Of a stretch of 64,000 nt of DNA, positions 17,763-27,053 are shown piece after piece. The position numbers and the translations under genes were made by a program. The notes under the pieces were generated by a model. It did no database searches. It had not been told where the DNA came from and worked only from the letters and a program-made list of their open reading frames with translations. The DNA comes from a virus. The stretch covers positions 26,369 through 90,368 of IMG/VR virus record IMGVR_UViG_3300036937_000041. The stretch is one strand, 5' to 3'. Position 1 is the stretch's first letter; each line of letters opens with the position of its first letter.

Positions 17763-17969
17763 TTAGTCGACGATTATTTGATCGACCGGCGGATCTTGTT
17801 GGATGATCACCCGTAATATCGCCCCACAGTACCAACAAGGGCGATCGTGGGCCTCCGCGTCGGTCACCAGATGGTCCAGTGATATCTCCTGGCCCCGATG
17901 GCAATCAGGACATTCAAACGAGTAGAGAAAGCGCAGCTGGGCGGCCGATACGGTTATCTTGGCCATCAT
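17763..17969 (-). CDS. Zinc-ribbon protein
   Basis: CPDC..CWYCG. Confidence 0.65.
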   Translation of the reverse strand: MMAKITVSAAQLRFLYSFECPDCHRGQEISLDHLVTDAEAHDRPCWYCGAILRVIIQQDPPVDQIIVD

Positions 17970-18355
17970 CGTTCTCCTTTTAGTTTGTTGGTCAGCGTGT
18001 TTCTGGATATATGAAGCCAGCGGGAGGCCGCCGACCTGCTCTTGAAATAGTCGACGGTGCGCACGATCATCCGATAGCCCACCAGGGACAGAAGTTGATT
18101 GTACTTGATGCCCTGGGCCATCGCCTGCTCAACCAGCTCATCGGCAAGCTGCTCCACGGTCTTGTCCACCCGGGGCCGCCGAGCCGGAGTGTAGGCCAGC
18201 GACTTATGGTGCCCGCGCCCACGATCATCGTCGGTCCGACGCCCATGGGCGGCCAGCGAATGGCGCTCCAGATCGTACTCGGTGGTAAACCCGTCAAGGT
18301 CACAAATAGGGCACTTATATGCTTGTAATTTCGATACCATTGAAATATTTCGCAA
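17966..18355 (-). CDS. C2H2-like zinc finger fused to a Fis-type HTH
   Basis: YKCPIC....F.....L..H....H and RSAASRWLHISRNTLTNKLK. Confidence 0.7.
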   Translation of the reverse strand: MRNISMVSKLQAYKCPICDLDGFTTEYDLERHSLAAHGRRTDDDRGRGHHKSLAYTPARRPRVDKTVEQLADELVEQAMAQGIKYNQLLSLVGYRMIVRTVDYFKSRSAASRWLHISRNTLTNKLKGER

Positions 18356-18368
18356 TTTAATGACCGGG

Positions 18369-18950
18369 TTAAACGTTTCCCCGCAGAACAGCGGTCCACT
18401 GGTCTGCCATTGCCCGTGCTATACCGGGAAAGGTCTTTGACCTCAGTAATGATCTTTCTGGCGATGGAGCCATTTTAAACACTCTTTGCTCTCTGCCCGG
18501 GACAACGTTTGTCGGAATCAGCTTAGGAAGACCGCGCAGCCACAGACAGGTCGCCTTGGTCTCCCCGTGGCCGAACATCCATGGTTGAACAATCTGATTG
18601 GGCTTGCGCCATTTTGTTGACATAATACTGATAGGATTTTCAATCGCCACCCTCTCACACTTACAGTCGGCAAAGCACATAAAGAAGTCAATCGCATCCT
18701 GCTGTCGACCATCCGCCCGCTTTTCAGCAAACCAACGAGCACCACTAACACTCAAGTGTGTGCAGGGCGGAAACGCGATAATCATATCCCAGTGTTGATC
18801 CAATAGCGGTAGTACATCTTGCTGTAGATGCCACTCCGGGTGTCCGCCCGAACAGGGAAGTATATCACAACTATATGCTTCGATTCCCAAACGCCGAAAC
18901 TCAATGGTTACCGCCTGCGATTCCTCACAAGCGACTAATATCTTTTCCAC
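18369..18950 (-). CDS. Phage C5-cytosine DNA methyltransferase-like protein
   Basis: ILVACEES, catalytic FPPC, IENP, QPWMFG..K.T.LW; probable GTG start at 18950. Confidence 0.8.
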   Translation of the reverse strand: MEKILVACEESQAVTIEFRRLGIEAYSCDILPCSGGHPEWHLQQDVLPLLDQHWDMIIAFPPCTHLSVSGARWFAEKRADGRQQDAIDFFMCFADCKCERVAIENPISIMSTKWRKPNQIVQPWMFGHGETKATCLWLRGLPKLIPTNVVPGREQRVFKMAPSPERSLLRSKTFPGIARAMADQWTAVLRGNV

Positions 18951-19173
18951 AGCGAATCTGTATCTCCGTCTTGAACAACAAATCAAATCCATCTTCCATA
19001 TGTCTGCCGAACACGCTGGCAACCTTCCACAACTGCCATCTCGACCACCCATCAACCTCCTCTACCGTGCACCCTTGTGCGCGGGCCAACCGACGCCCCC
19101 TGGCGGTCAGTCTAATCCACACATCATGGTTGACGTTGAACGTCCAATCAGCAGCAGAATCTTCTAATCTCAT
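18925..19173 (-). CDS. Hypothetical protein, near-leaderless
   Basis: FNVNHDVWIRLT.RG..WQLW.V..VFG; promoter motif at 19181-19189. Confidence 0.6.
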   Translation of the reverse strand: MRLEDSAADWTFNVNHDVWIRLTARGRRLARAQGCTVEEVDGWSRWQLWKVASVFGRHMEDGFDLLFKTEIQIRCGKDISRL

Positions 19174-19189
19174 ACTACCCATTATACGC

Positions 19190-19915
19190 CTAAAGCAATC
19201 CTTTTACCGAGGTGCGGCGTCTGATCAGCTGTAGATAATCTGGATTAAGCTCGATAAGAACCCATCGTCTGCGCAGCTGCTCGGCCACCCGCCCGGTCGT
19301 CCCGCTCCCACCAAACGGGTCGAGAACAATGTGGCCCGCAGATGATGATTTCTCAATCGGGATGGCCGCGCTCGCTATCGGTTTTCTCGTCAGATGCACA
19401 TCGGTGTTTTCTCTTACAATATCCCAACAATTTGTAATCCTCTTCCCGTTCAGCAAATGTCTTCCCTTCGTCGCCCAGGCGATAAACTCCGTAATATTTC
19501 CATAGTCCCCTTCCAGATCACCAGATGTATGATTGTTCTTCCGAAGAACGATAAGCCTTTTTGGCGTAAATCCTACCGATTGATATTCTTTCCTAAAATC
19601 AGAAGCCCCATAGTCGTTACAACAAGAGTAGATGGCACCACCATCGGCGAGCACCCGAAATGACTGGACAAGAAATGGGGCCAGCCACTCAAACCCTGCG
19701 TCCCCGGCAATATAGTCATGGGAAACGGATCGCATATTAGACTTGTACATCATTCCATACGGCGGATCCGTGCACACCAGGTCGATCGAGCTGTCGGGGA
19801 TACCGCGCATGATCTCCAGACAATCCCCGTGGTAGATGACCCCCGAGTCATCTTGATAATATGGTTCAGGCAAGTTGCCCCGCGACATACCGATAGTCCT
19901 CTCTGTGCTGCACAA
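19190..19915 (-). CDS. N6-adenine/N4-cytosine DNA methyltransferase (beta class), orphan
   Basis: TDPPY precedes DPFGGSGTT. Confidence 0.92.
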   Translation of the reverse strand: MCSTERTIGMSRGNLPEPYYQDDSGVIYHGDCLEIMRGIPDSSIDLVCTDPPYGMMYKSNMRSVSHDYIAGDAGFEWLAPFLVQSFRVLADGGAIYSCCNDYGASDFRKEYQSVGFTPKRLIVLRKNNHTSGDLEGDYGNITEFIAWATKGRHLLNGKRITNCWDIVRENTDVHLTRKPIASAAIPIEKSSSAGHIVLDPFGGSGTTGRVAEQLRRRWVLIELNPDYLQLIRRRTSVKGLL

Positions 19916-20282
19916 GCCAGGTCAGCACATCCATATCCTGATATTCTTTACACTTCTGTTCTACTTTAGAGTAATCCCATAGGTCTACGCCCCATGTTTT
20001 ATACTGGACGAGCGTCCGCCGCACATTATCCGGGATCTCCAGCGTGGGGCCGAGCACATGCGCGTCCAGCTTGGCCAGCTCGATAGTATGCGCATCTACC
20101 TCGGCCAACCTGGCGGCCAAGCTGGCCACCAAATCGGATGATATTAGTACATAATCGGGAAGCCCCTCGATAACCTGGACCAGCTGTGGGTCCACCACCG
20201 CGGCCGCGGCGGCCCGCAGCGCCCGGTCAAGCTCTTGTCTGGTCTTCAACCCGAGATCCCGGCAGCTTCGGCTGCCTGACAA
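19866..20282 (-). CDS. Hypothetical protein
   Basis: ORF fills the gap between flanking genes. Confidence 0.55.
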   Translation of the reverse strand: MSGSRSCRDLGLKTRQELDRALRAAAAAVVDPQLVQVIEGLPDYVLISSDLVASLAARLAEVDAHTIELAKLDAHVLGPTLEIPDNVRRTLVQYKTWGVDLWDYSKVEQKCKEYQDMDVLTWLVQHREDYRYVAGQLA

Positions 20283-21135
20283 TCGTTCCCCGCTGATCTA
20301 CAGGCGCATCATCCTGGATGAGCATCTGCATACTCTTATTAATAGGGAAGTACACCCGGCGATGAAATTCGGCGACAACCTTGCTATACTGCGAGCGCGA
20401 TAGGGTTTCGCCCAACAGCTTGAACAATGAGCTGACAAACAGCTTGAGGCTCTGCGTGTCCAGCAACAGCCGCTCGGTCATAATCTGCTGCCGCGCGCGC
20501 TTCACCCGGGCGAGCGCCACCGTCGTATCCCGGATCTCCGCGGCCGCCACGTACTCCAGGTTGAGCAGATGCTTGAGCACCAGGTTAAGCGAATGAATCT
20601 CGATCTCCACGTCGCCCAACCGCGGGTCGTCGAGCACGTACGGCGCGATGTCAAACAGCTCCTTCATCTCCAGCGCGAGACCCTGAGCCGAATATCCGGC
20701 GAGCACGTTCAACGGGCTCCGCTGAGAGCGTATTTGCTCATGATATCTACAATACCCATAGCCCACATGGTTGGTCGCCCGACCGGCGGGCGCCAGACAC
20801 CTGAGCTTCAACCCCTGTTTGCTGCGCAACATCCCGCATATCCGTCGATCCCGTAGGTAAGGACGAGACCCGGGGATCAGCGGATCAAAGTCAGGGTTTT
20901 CCCGCAACGAATATATCTCGTGCTCGGACACTATCTCGCACAAGGTCGATAGATGGTCATGCTCATACGCGTTGATCGGCCTGTCCGACTGACTCAGCTC
21001 GTCCATAACCGTGTCCAGCAGCCGCGCCCTATCCGGGGGGCTCAGCATCGACCGACCGCGCTCCAGATCTCGCGCACGCTTTTGCTTTATCTGCGCGATC
21101 AACCGGTCCAGCTTAGTCTTGCGCTTGCTCATCAA
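20227..21135 (-). CDS. Terminase small subunit-like protein (CG..C..G..H.G.G.C..H zinc motif)
   Basis: ICG...RCLAPAGRATNHVGYGYCRYH followed by a helical region, as in HGGxSTG-type TerS candidates. Confidence 0.55.
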   Translation of the reverse strand: MMSKRKTKLDRLIAQIKQKRARDLERGRSMLSPPDRARLLDTVMDELSQSDRPINAYEHDHLSTLCEIVSEHEIYSLRENPDFDPLIPGSRPYLRDRRICGMLRSKQGLKLRCLAPAGRATNHVGYGYCRYHEQIRSQRSPLNVLAGYSAQGLALEMKELFDIAPYVLDDPRLGDVEIEIHSLNLVLKHLLNLEYVAAAEIRDTTVALARVKRARQQIMTERLLLDTQSLKLFVSSLFKLLGETLSRSQYSKVVAEFHRRVYFPINKSMQMLIQDDAPVDQRGTIVRQPKLPGSRVEDQTRA

Positions 21136-21235
21136 AGTAGTCCAGTAGTTCTCTCACCGTTGAAAAAGATTTGTATCGTCCTTCCGCTATCTCCGCATCG
21201 GCCTCACGCTCCCCGGCCATCCAACGATCATCCAC
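21113..21235 (-). CDS. 40-aa antitoxin-tail-like peptide
   Basis: Manual translation from GTG: MDDRWMAGEREADAEIAEGRYKSFSTVRELLDYFDEQAQD. Confidence 0.5.
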   Translation of the reverse strand: MDDRWMAGEREADAEIAEGRYKSFSTVRELLDYFDEQAQD

Positions 21236-21303
21236 CCACCCACGCTGGATCCTCTACATCAGTCGCATGATACACGAACAGCTGTTGAGTTAGATCAGCA
21301 TCG

Positions 21304-21493
21304 GGTACCGGGGCTATCACGTAGGTTAACACCGATCGCCTCCCCTCCACCGGGTAACCGTCGCATCCGCTTCATATCGAAGCAGATCACCCTTCCGGAT
21401 CGTATCCGCCTTCGAGCATGGAAGTATACATATATTTTTAGTCCGGCGGATCCTCGCAAATCTAGTGAAGGCTTGACCCGCCGCACCGGCACC
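21304..21493 (-). ncRNA. Putative structured non-coding RNA (closing stem plus three hairpins)
   Basis: Stems 21304-21311/21486-21493, 21444-21452/21475-21483, 21377-21387/21404-21415 (GGAA tetraloop inside) and 21324-21336/21349-21359. Each has G-U pairs only on the minus strand. Confidence 0.5.
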
Positions 21494-21528
21494 TACTTCT
21501 TTGGACACGTATTATCTTCCGCCATCAG

Positions 21529-21858
21529 TCATTTATTACCCTTCGGATCCTGCGCCTCGGCGACCACCTGCTCCAGCACCGTCCGAAGCTTCTGCAGCTC
21601 GTCAATCCTGGTCTCAGCATCATGCAGTGCTTCGTCGTCCACACTCGACCTGGCCATGATCTTCAGGCCGATAATCCTGCTGCTGATCGCGGCCATGATA
21701 TACTCCCTGTCCGTAATTTCCATATCTTGCTCCTTCTCCGCAGGTGGAAAATAAATGTTTTCGATTGCCTGTAGGTCAGCATCTGCCTTGCGAGCGGATT
21801 CTACTGCTATTGGTCGCATCATCGACAGGCATAAAATACATATAATTGATATTATCAT
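21529..21858 (-). CDS. Hypothetical protein
   Basis: ATGA-coupled ORF. Confidence 0.55.
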   Translation of the reverse strand: MIISIICILCLSMMRPIAVESARKADADLQAIENIYFPPAEKEQDMEITDREYIMAAISSRIIGLKIMARSSVDDEALHDAETRIDELQKLRTVLEQVVAEAQDPKGNK

Positions 21859-22199
21859 TTCTTATCCCTGATCAGTAGATCGGCCTCATATTCACGCATT
21901 ATAGAAAGAAGTTCCTCCCCCTTCAGTGTAAGCCAGGAACAACGAATTGAAGAACCATGCTCAATAGCATCTGTACGATCTAATGTTGTGGCAAGCAAGT
22001 AAAATACCGCATCACCACCAAGACCCTCGTGCTTGCCCCAGTTCTCCTGTTTTTCAAAATGTTCAAGACCAGCCTTTAACAGCGGAAAAATAGAACACGG
22101 ATCTCCACATCCGCATACACCAATTTCCTCAAAAAACCATATCCTAAACTTCTCACGTGCAGCCTGTAAACTATATTTATAATCTGAATTGGTCATCAT
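21855..22199 (-). CDS. Hypothetical phage protein
   Basis: CGCGDP..IEHGSSIRCSWLT.KG motif; start coupled to the GroES stop. Confidence 0.65.
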   Translation of the reverse strand: MMTNSDYKYSLQAAREKFRIWFFEEIGVCGCGDPCSIFPLLKAGLEHFEKQENWGKHEGLGGDAVFYLLATTLDRTDAIEHGSSIRCSWLTLKGEELLSIMREYEADLLIRDKK

Positions 22200-22873
22200 C
22201 CACCCTGTTCGATCATCACACACTCCGCCTCGTGGGTCAGCCAGTATATCTGGCGCTCGGTCCCCACATACCACGATATACGCACACCCGACTGCGGTGC
22301 GGCCCACACGATGTCGCCAGGCCGCGCCTCGGTGGGCACCCGATTCTCGTAGTCGATGTCGGTCTTGGTCTTGCGCGGCTCCCCGGGACCGACGGCCACC
22401 ACCTCCCAGCGACGATAGTCGTCGACGGCCAGCCGCTCGTCGAGCAAGATGACCCCCGTGTCCGTTTTGTGCTCGCCGACCTTGATCTCACGAAGTAGCA
22501 GCCGGTCATACCGGGGGCGGACCCGCGAGATATTACCCTGCCCATCCAGATCTACGTAGGCGATTACCCCTCGATCTCGAGTAAACACGTATGTTCGATC
22601 ATCAGCGCCCTCAAACGTCTCCTTGCCATACCGAGTGTAGTAGGCGAGCTCCCCGATGTCCAGCGGTGGACGCCTGTACCGTCCTTTACCGTCGGTCAGC
22701 CCCGGACCCGCCGAGATGATTCGCCCGATCTTGGACTCCATAATATTCGTATTGGTCGTCTGCGGAACATAGATGTTTCCGATCTTCTGCGCCCCGTCAA
22801 ACGCCTCCTCTTTCTCCAGGCAAACCCAATCCCCGTACATGCGGGCCAGCTTAGCCTTCTCGATGCTAAACAT
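22196..22873 (-). CDS. groES: Co-chaperonin with two tandem GroES (Cpn10) domains
   Basis: Domain 1: GDWVCL..GNIYVP..GRIISAGPG..IGE...TRYG. Domain 2: RPRYDRLLLR..TDTGVIL..EVVAVGPG..PGDIV. Confidence 0.85.
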   Translation of the reverse strand: MFSIEKAKLARMYGDWVCLEKEEAFDGAQKIGNIYVPQTTNTNIMESKIGRIISAGPGLTDGKGRYRRPPLDIGELAYYTRYGKETFEGADDRTYVFTRDRGVIAYVDLDGQGNISRVRPRYDRLLLREIKVGEHKTDTGVILLDERLAVDDYRRWEVVAVGPGEPRKTKTDIDYENRVPTEARPGDIVWAAPQSGVRISWYVGTERQIYWLTHEAECVMIEQGG

Positions 22874-22874
22874 A

Positions 22875-23102
22875 TTAGACGACCTTCCGTGCCGAGCCGA
22901 CGAAGAACTTTTTTCGCTGCTCGGCGGTCATCGAGCCCATCCGCCCCTCAAAGTTCTTGATCGTCTCCCGCACTTCATGCAGGTTGAGACCGCGCATGAG
23001 CAACATCTTCACCGTGGGGGCCACCCACAACGGTGGGTTCTCGGGCAGCTGCAACAGCTCTCGCCCCTCACAGGATATCCCGGTCAAATCACAGCGTTGC
23101 AT
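22875..23102 (-). CDS. Hypothetical protein
   Basis: AGGAG SD. Confidence 0.6.
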   Translation of the reverse strand: MQRCDLTGISCEGRELLQLPENPPLWVAPTVKMLLMRGLNLHEVRETIKNFEGRMGSMTAEQRKKFFVGSARKVV

Positions 23103-23595
23103 CGTACTCTCCTGTGATCAACGAGTACTGCCTGAAATACCGATATAGTGGATGATCCTCATCCGTGGACTTGAGGTTCAGGATGCTGCGCAACAGCGAT
23201 CGGCGGACAAACGTGCACCCGGTCGTGCGCAACCACGCCCAGACCACACTCTTCTGCCCCTGGTAGACCAGGACGGCCCCCGGACGCTGCTCCTCGAACG
23301 TCAGGTTAAGCGGTTTGATCATCGGGTGCACCGCCGCATACTCCCGGAAGTCGGCGACCATCCGGTCAAACGGGTTGCCCATCCGAAAACGCTGATCCGC
23401 CGGTGTGTCGGAGGCCAGTTGATCGGCCAGGCTCACACCGTCATCGGCAGGCGGAGGATCGGGCGGCCGCGGAGGATCAACCTTCGGCGGCGACGGCTGT
23501 ACATTTTTTTGATCGGCGTTCTGCTTCGGCGGTCGGCCTCGCTTTTTTGACTGCTGCGCCTGCATTATCTTGTCCAATCCTGTGGGCGTCATCAT
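23089..23595 (-). CDS. Hypothetical protein with AT-hook-like KRGRPPK
   Basis: GGAGG SD before MMTPTG. Confidence 0.6.
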   Translation of the reverse strand: MMTPTGLDKIMQAQQSKKRGRPPKQNADQKNVQPSPPKVDPPRPPDPPPADDGVSLADQLASDTPADQRFRMGNPFDRMVADFREYAAVHPMIKPLNLTFEEQRPGAVLVYQGQKSVVWAWLRTTGCTFVRRSLLRSILNLKSTDEDHPLYRYFRQYSLITGEYDATL

Positions 23596-24193
23596 CGGCC
23601 TCCATAGCTGTATGTTCGACCAATCTGGCCAGCGCATACGCGTCGGCCAAATCATTTATATTAGTATCATATCCCCATCGTTTGTAAACCTCTTTGATCA
23701 CCACCTCTTTTTTGATATTCCCCTTACCGATATACTTTTTGATCTGCGATGGGACGTACTCAAGATAGGATGTGAGGCGCAGGGTGTCCATGGCGCGCGC
23801 GCGCGCAAACATTGTCAGCACAAACACGGTGAACGCCCGATCTACCTTGGCCCCCGCACCCACATGCGATCCCATTGGAATCTCAATCCCAAGATAAATA
23901 TTTGGAGTGCCGTCGGCCCCCGTGGCGAACAACATGCTTCGATATAGCTCTTCGACTGCGTGCCCGACCGCATGCGCGTAGCCCATGACCTCCCATATAT
24001 TCATACTCAAATCATATCCAACTTTTGAGCTAGAATGAACATCCCCAGGGATGTAGATGAAGTTAGACGTGTACACCCCGTCTTCCTTGGACTTCGATCT
24101 GACTATGTTCACCGACGCATATAAATCTTGTTCTTTGAGAACGATAATCCCCGTGCTACTCAAACTGGGGTCAACGCCTATGTAAAAGTTCAT
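23477..24193 (-). CDS. RuvC-like Holliday junction resolvase
   Basis: IGVDPSLSSTG, IE, PSQIKKY.GKGN..K, DLADAYALA; promoter at 24217-24225. Confidence 0.88.
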   Translation of the reverse strand: MNFYIGVDPSLSSTGIIVLKEQDLYASVNIVRSKSKEDGVYTSNFIYIPGDVHSSSKVGYDLSMNIWEVMGYAHAVGHAVEELYRSMLFATGADGTPNIYLGIEIPMGSHVGAGAKVDRAFTVFVLTMFARARAMDTLRLTSYLEYVPSQIKKYIGKGNIKKEVVIKEVYKRWGYDTNINDLADAYALARLVEHTAMEADDDAHRIGQDNAGAAVKKARPTAEAERRSKKCTAVAAEG

Positions 24194-24262
24194 GACACTC
24201 CTTGTCTTATATGTTCATTATACGCCAGAAGGTCAGATCGTCCAAGATAAAAGTTTAACATT

Positions 24263-26470
24263 CTACTCGCCGATGGCCACCGATGACCTACCATTTTCCT
24301 TGGAGACGATAAGTCGGTAATCGGTGTCGATCACTATGTCGTCTATTTTTGTATGGGTGATCAAAAACTTCTGCCCCTCTATCTTGTTCAGCAGGGCGAA
24401 AAAGTAGGTCATACCCGTCGAGTCTATGTTGTCCAGCAGTTCGTCGACCAGCAAGTAGCCCAGGGTGGTGCCCGCCGCCCGTTGGAGCGCCAGTCTCCGG
24501 AGCCCAAATCCGACGGCGACCATGATCCTCGACTTCTCACCCCCCGAGTAGGAGCTGTAGTTCGCCCAGTGCTGGCCGTCAAACACCTCGATGGCAAACC
24601 CGATCTTGGTCCCATCCCCCGAGCGCTTATCCACCTCGGTGACAAACCGAATGCGCTCCGCGATCTCCAGCTCTGATAGATATTCGTTTACCTGGCTCTC
24701 GAACAGGGGGACAAACGAGTCTATGATCTTCCGCTTGATCTCTGGGTATATCTTAGACCAGTAGACAAGCTGGGCCGCCCGCTCTCGCTTGGCCGCCACC
24801 GCGGACTCACTCGCGCCCAGCTGCTGCCCCAGCTCGGACAGCCGTGCCAACGAGGTCTCGGTCGCACCCTTCTGCTCGGTCATGTGCAGGATCATCCGCT
24901 GTAGACCATTAATTTCATCATCGGTGTCCGCCACAGCGGTGTTCAGCGCCGACATAAGATCGGTATGGTGCTCGCCCAGCAGCATATTAATCTTGCGGAC
25001 AAGTTGAACAGTGTCAAGATCATGCTTTTCGGTGGCCGAATGCATGTCTGCCTTCGCCTGGTCATATGCGGCCTGCATCTGATTAACCTTGACGATCAGC
25101 TGATCGTACCCGGATAGGTCAAGAGCGTCAACCTGCGCCTTCAAGTCGATCATCTTCTTCATCGCAAACTGCTGTGCCGATAACTTTGATCTGCTTTGCA
25201 GTAGATCGGCAACTTTTATCTCATGCGCATTCTCAAGCTGTTCGAGCTTCGCCTGCGCGGACGCCCGGGCGGCCTGCGCGTCGGCCAACCGTTGTTCGGC
25301 GATCTGCATGTCAAACTTTGCCACCTTGTTGTGGCTGACCATCAGGCTCTGCGAACAATAGGGGCATGCCTGCGCGTGGTCTACCTGTGATCGCAGATCG
25401 GCCTCCAGGTCGATCGCGGTCTGCAGCTCGGACCGGGTGGCCATCATCTCCGCATGCGCCGCGGCTTTGTCACGTTCCAGGCCGACAATCTGATCCTTAA
25501 CCTCATCTACCTTGACGCGCAGCCCCTCGTACTCCGGGGCCGTCCGCTCCCACTGGGCGCGCAGCTCCAGCCCCCGCTGATTATCGACGGTCGCCCGCTC
25601 ATACTGGGCGGCGAGCCGCCGCGCCTCATCCACAACTTTTTGATATCTATCTTTTGCTGAGGAGTAGGTGCTCGCTATCTCTCTGCTTTGCCGAACATAC
25701 TCGTCCAGCTGTGTGCGCGCGCTCTTCTTGGCCTCCAAGTTGGTGCGCGCCAACCCCAGGCTCTCCAGTATGTCCTTCAGCTTGGCATCCAGCGCCGCAG
25801 GATCACCATATGCGGCTATCTGCTCGTGCATCGACGCTATCGTGGCCTCCGCGTACGCCAGTGCCTCTCTATCGGCCTTTAGATCGTCTTTGACCAGCTG
25901 AGCGGCAACGTCAAGGCTGCCCAGGCCCATAAATCGTTCGAGCACCTGCTGACGCTCAGCCGGTGTCGCCTCGGCGGACAGAAATCCTCGGCCGCTCATC
26001 GCCGAAAAGTATATCTGCGATAGATAGTCGTCAAATCCCTTGCGCTCATCGTATCCCAAGTATCTACATATAGCTTTTTGGGTCAGGGTGGCCGTACGCA
26101 ACGTCAGGTCAGTCTGGGCGGCGCCGCGCACGACCGTCGCCTTCAACACCGATTTCTTTCCGCGCTCCCGGGTGATCACCAGTTCATCGTCGCCGCGCAT
26201 CAACGTCAAGGATGCTGTCGCATGGTCGGCGCCCCGGCGCAGTATATCTCCGGTAAAGTCATCTCCGCGGGGAACCTTGCCCCAGATAGCCCAGCTTATC
26301 ACGTCGAACAGACTCGACTTGCCCGCCCCATTCGAATCGGCGCCCGAATCATCCAGGTTTTGCCCGAGCACCAGCGCCGTTTTATCGGCGGGGAGCTCTA
26401 TGTTCAACGATTCATATGAAAATAGATTAGACGCGCTGATCCGTAGAATCTGCCAGCCACTAACTGTCAT
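24263..26470 (-). CDS. sbcC: SbcC/Rad50-like SMC ATPase
   Basis: NGAGKSS, coiled coil with CPYC hook, SYSGGE signature, LLVDE, ITH. Confidence 0.93.
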   Translation of the reverse strand: MTVSGWQILRISASNLFSYESLNIELPADKTALVLGQNLDDSGADSNGAGKSSLFDVISWAIWGKVPRGDDFTGDILRRGADHATASLTLMRGDDELVITRERGKKSVLKATVVRGAAQTDLTLRTATLTQKAICRYLGYDERKGFDDYLSQIYFSAMSGRGFLSAEATPAERQQVLERFMGLGSLDVAAQLVKDDLKADREALAYAEATIASMHEQIAAYGDPAALDAKLKDILESLGLARTNLEAKKSARTQLDEYVRQSREIASTYSSAKDRYQKVVDEARRLAAQYERATVDNQRGLELRAQWERTAPEYEGLRVKVDEVKDQIVGLERDKAAAHAEMMATRSELQTAIDLEADLRSQVDHAQACPYCSQSLMVSHNKVAKFDMQIAEQRLADAQAARASAQAKLEQLENAHEIKVADLLQSRSKLSAQQFAMKKMIDLKAQVDALDLSGYDQLIVKVNQMQAAYDQAKADMHSATEKHDLDTVQLVRKINMLLGEHHTDLMSALNTAVADTDDEINGLQRMILHMTEQKGATETSLARLSELGQQLGASESAVAAKRERAAQLVYWSKIYPEIKRKIIDSFVPLFESQVNEYLSELEIAERIRFVTEVDKRSGDGTKIGFAIEVFDGQHWANYSSYSGGEKSRIMVAVGFGLRRLALQRAAGTTLGYLLVDELLDNIDSTGMTYFFALLNKIEGQKFLITHTKIDDIVIDTDYRLIVSKENGRSSVAIGE

Positions 26471-27053
26471 AGGTAAATCTTTCCATTTTAGCCGTCAACG
26501 ATACATAAAGTGGATGCTTTGGATGCCCATCTTTTGACCGGCCAACAGAGTAGACGGCGACCCCCTGCGCGGCCAACCATGCCGACCAATATCTTCCTTG
26601 ACCTCGGTGAGCGCCGTGCACACCCCAGGCGGCCACCACACTCCTGTCCACCAGATCGGTGGAGTTGGGGAACATAAACCTCATATCGGCAACGTAGGTC
26701 GGGATGCACTCTAAATATGCAAGGTTATGCTCGCCAACAGGATCATCTTCTCCGTAGAGCTGGCGGGGATCCGTAGACCGCAGGGCAAACAGATTATAGA
26801 CCTCAAACCCCCCGTAGCCCATGGCCTTCGCATATGAGCCACATTTTTTAACCGTAGGGTCAAGATACTGCTCGTCGGCCGTCGACGGGTTGAGCATAAT
26901 CCAGATCATCGACGGATGCTGCAGCGACCACATGCGCCAAAAACGATATCGATATCGTGTATCACCGCTGAACACCGCCCCGGCGTACGCGTTTCCGCGA
27001 ACAAGATCGTCGTCAAACTTAGTGCCCGGATGCATCTTGGCCCTCCAGTGCAC
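26460..27053 (-). CDS. DUF1643 family protein
   Basis: YRY..R.W, MLNPSTAD...DPT, NLFALRSTDP, AAWG, GHPKHPLY. Confidence 0.88.
   Translation of the reverse strand: MHWRAKMHPGTKFDDDLVRGNAYAGAVFSGDTRYRYRFWRMWSLQHPSMIWIMLNPSTADEQYLDPTVKKCGSYAKAMGYGGFEVYNLFALRSTDPRQLYGEDDPVGEHNLAYLECIPTYVADMRFMFPNSTDLVDRSVVAAWGVHGAHRGQGRYWSAWLAAQGVAVYSVGRSKDGHPKHPLYVSLTAKMERFTYDS

Noticed and set aside
21295-21508. Short minus-strand ORFs of 60-65 aa
   Set aside because: Weak starts and no motifs; the region is better explained by RNA structure.
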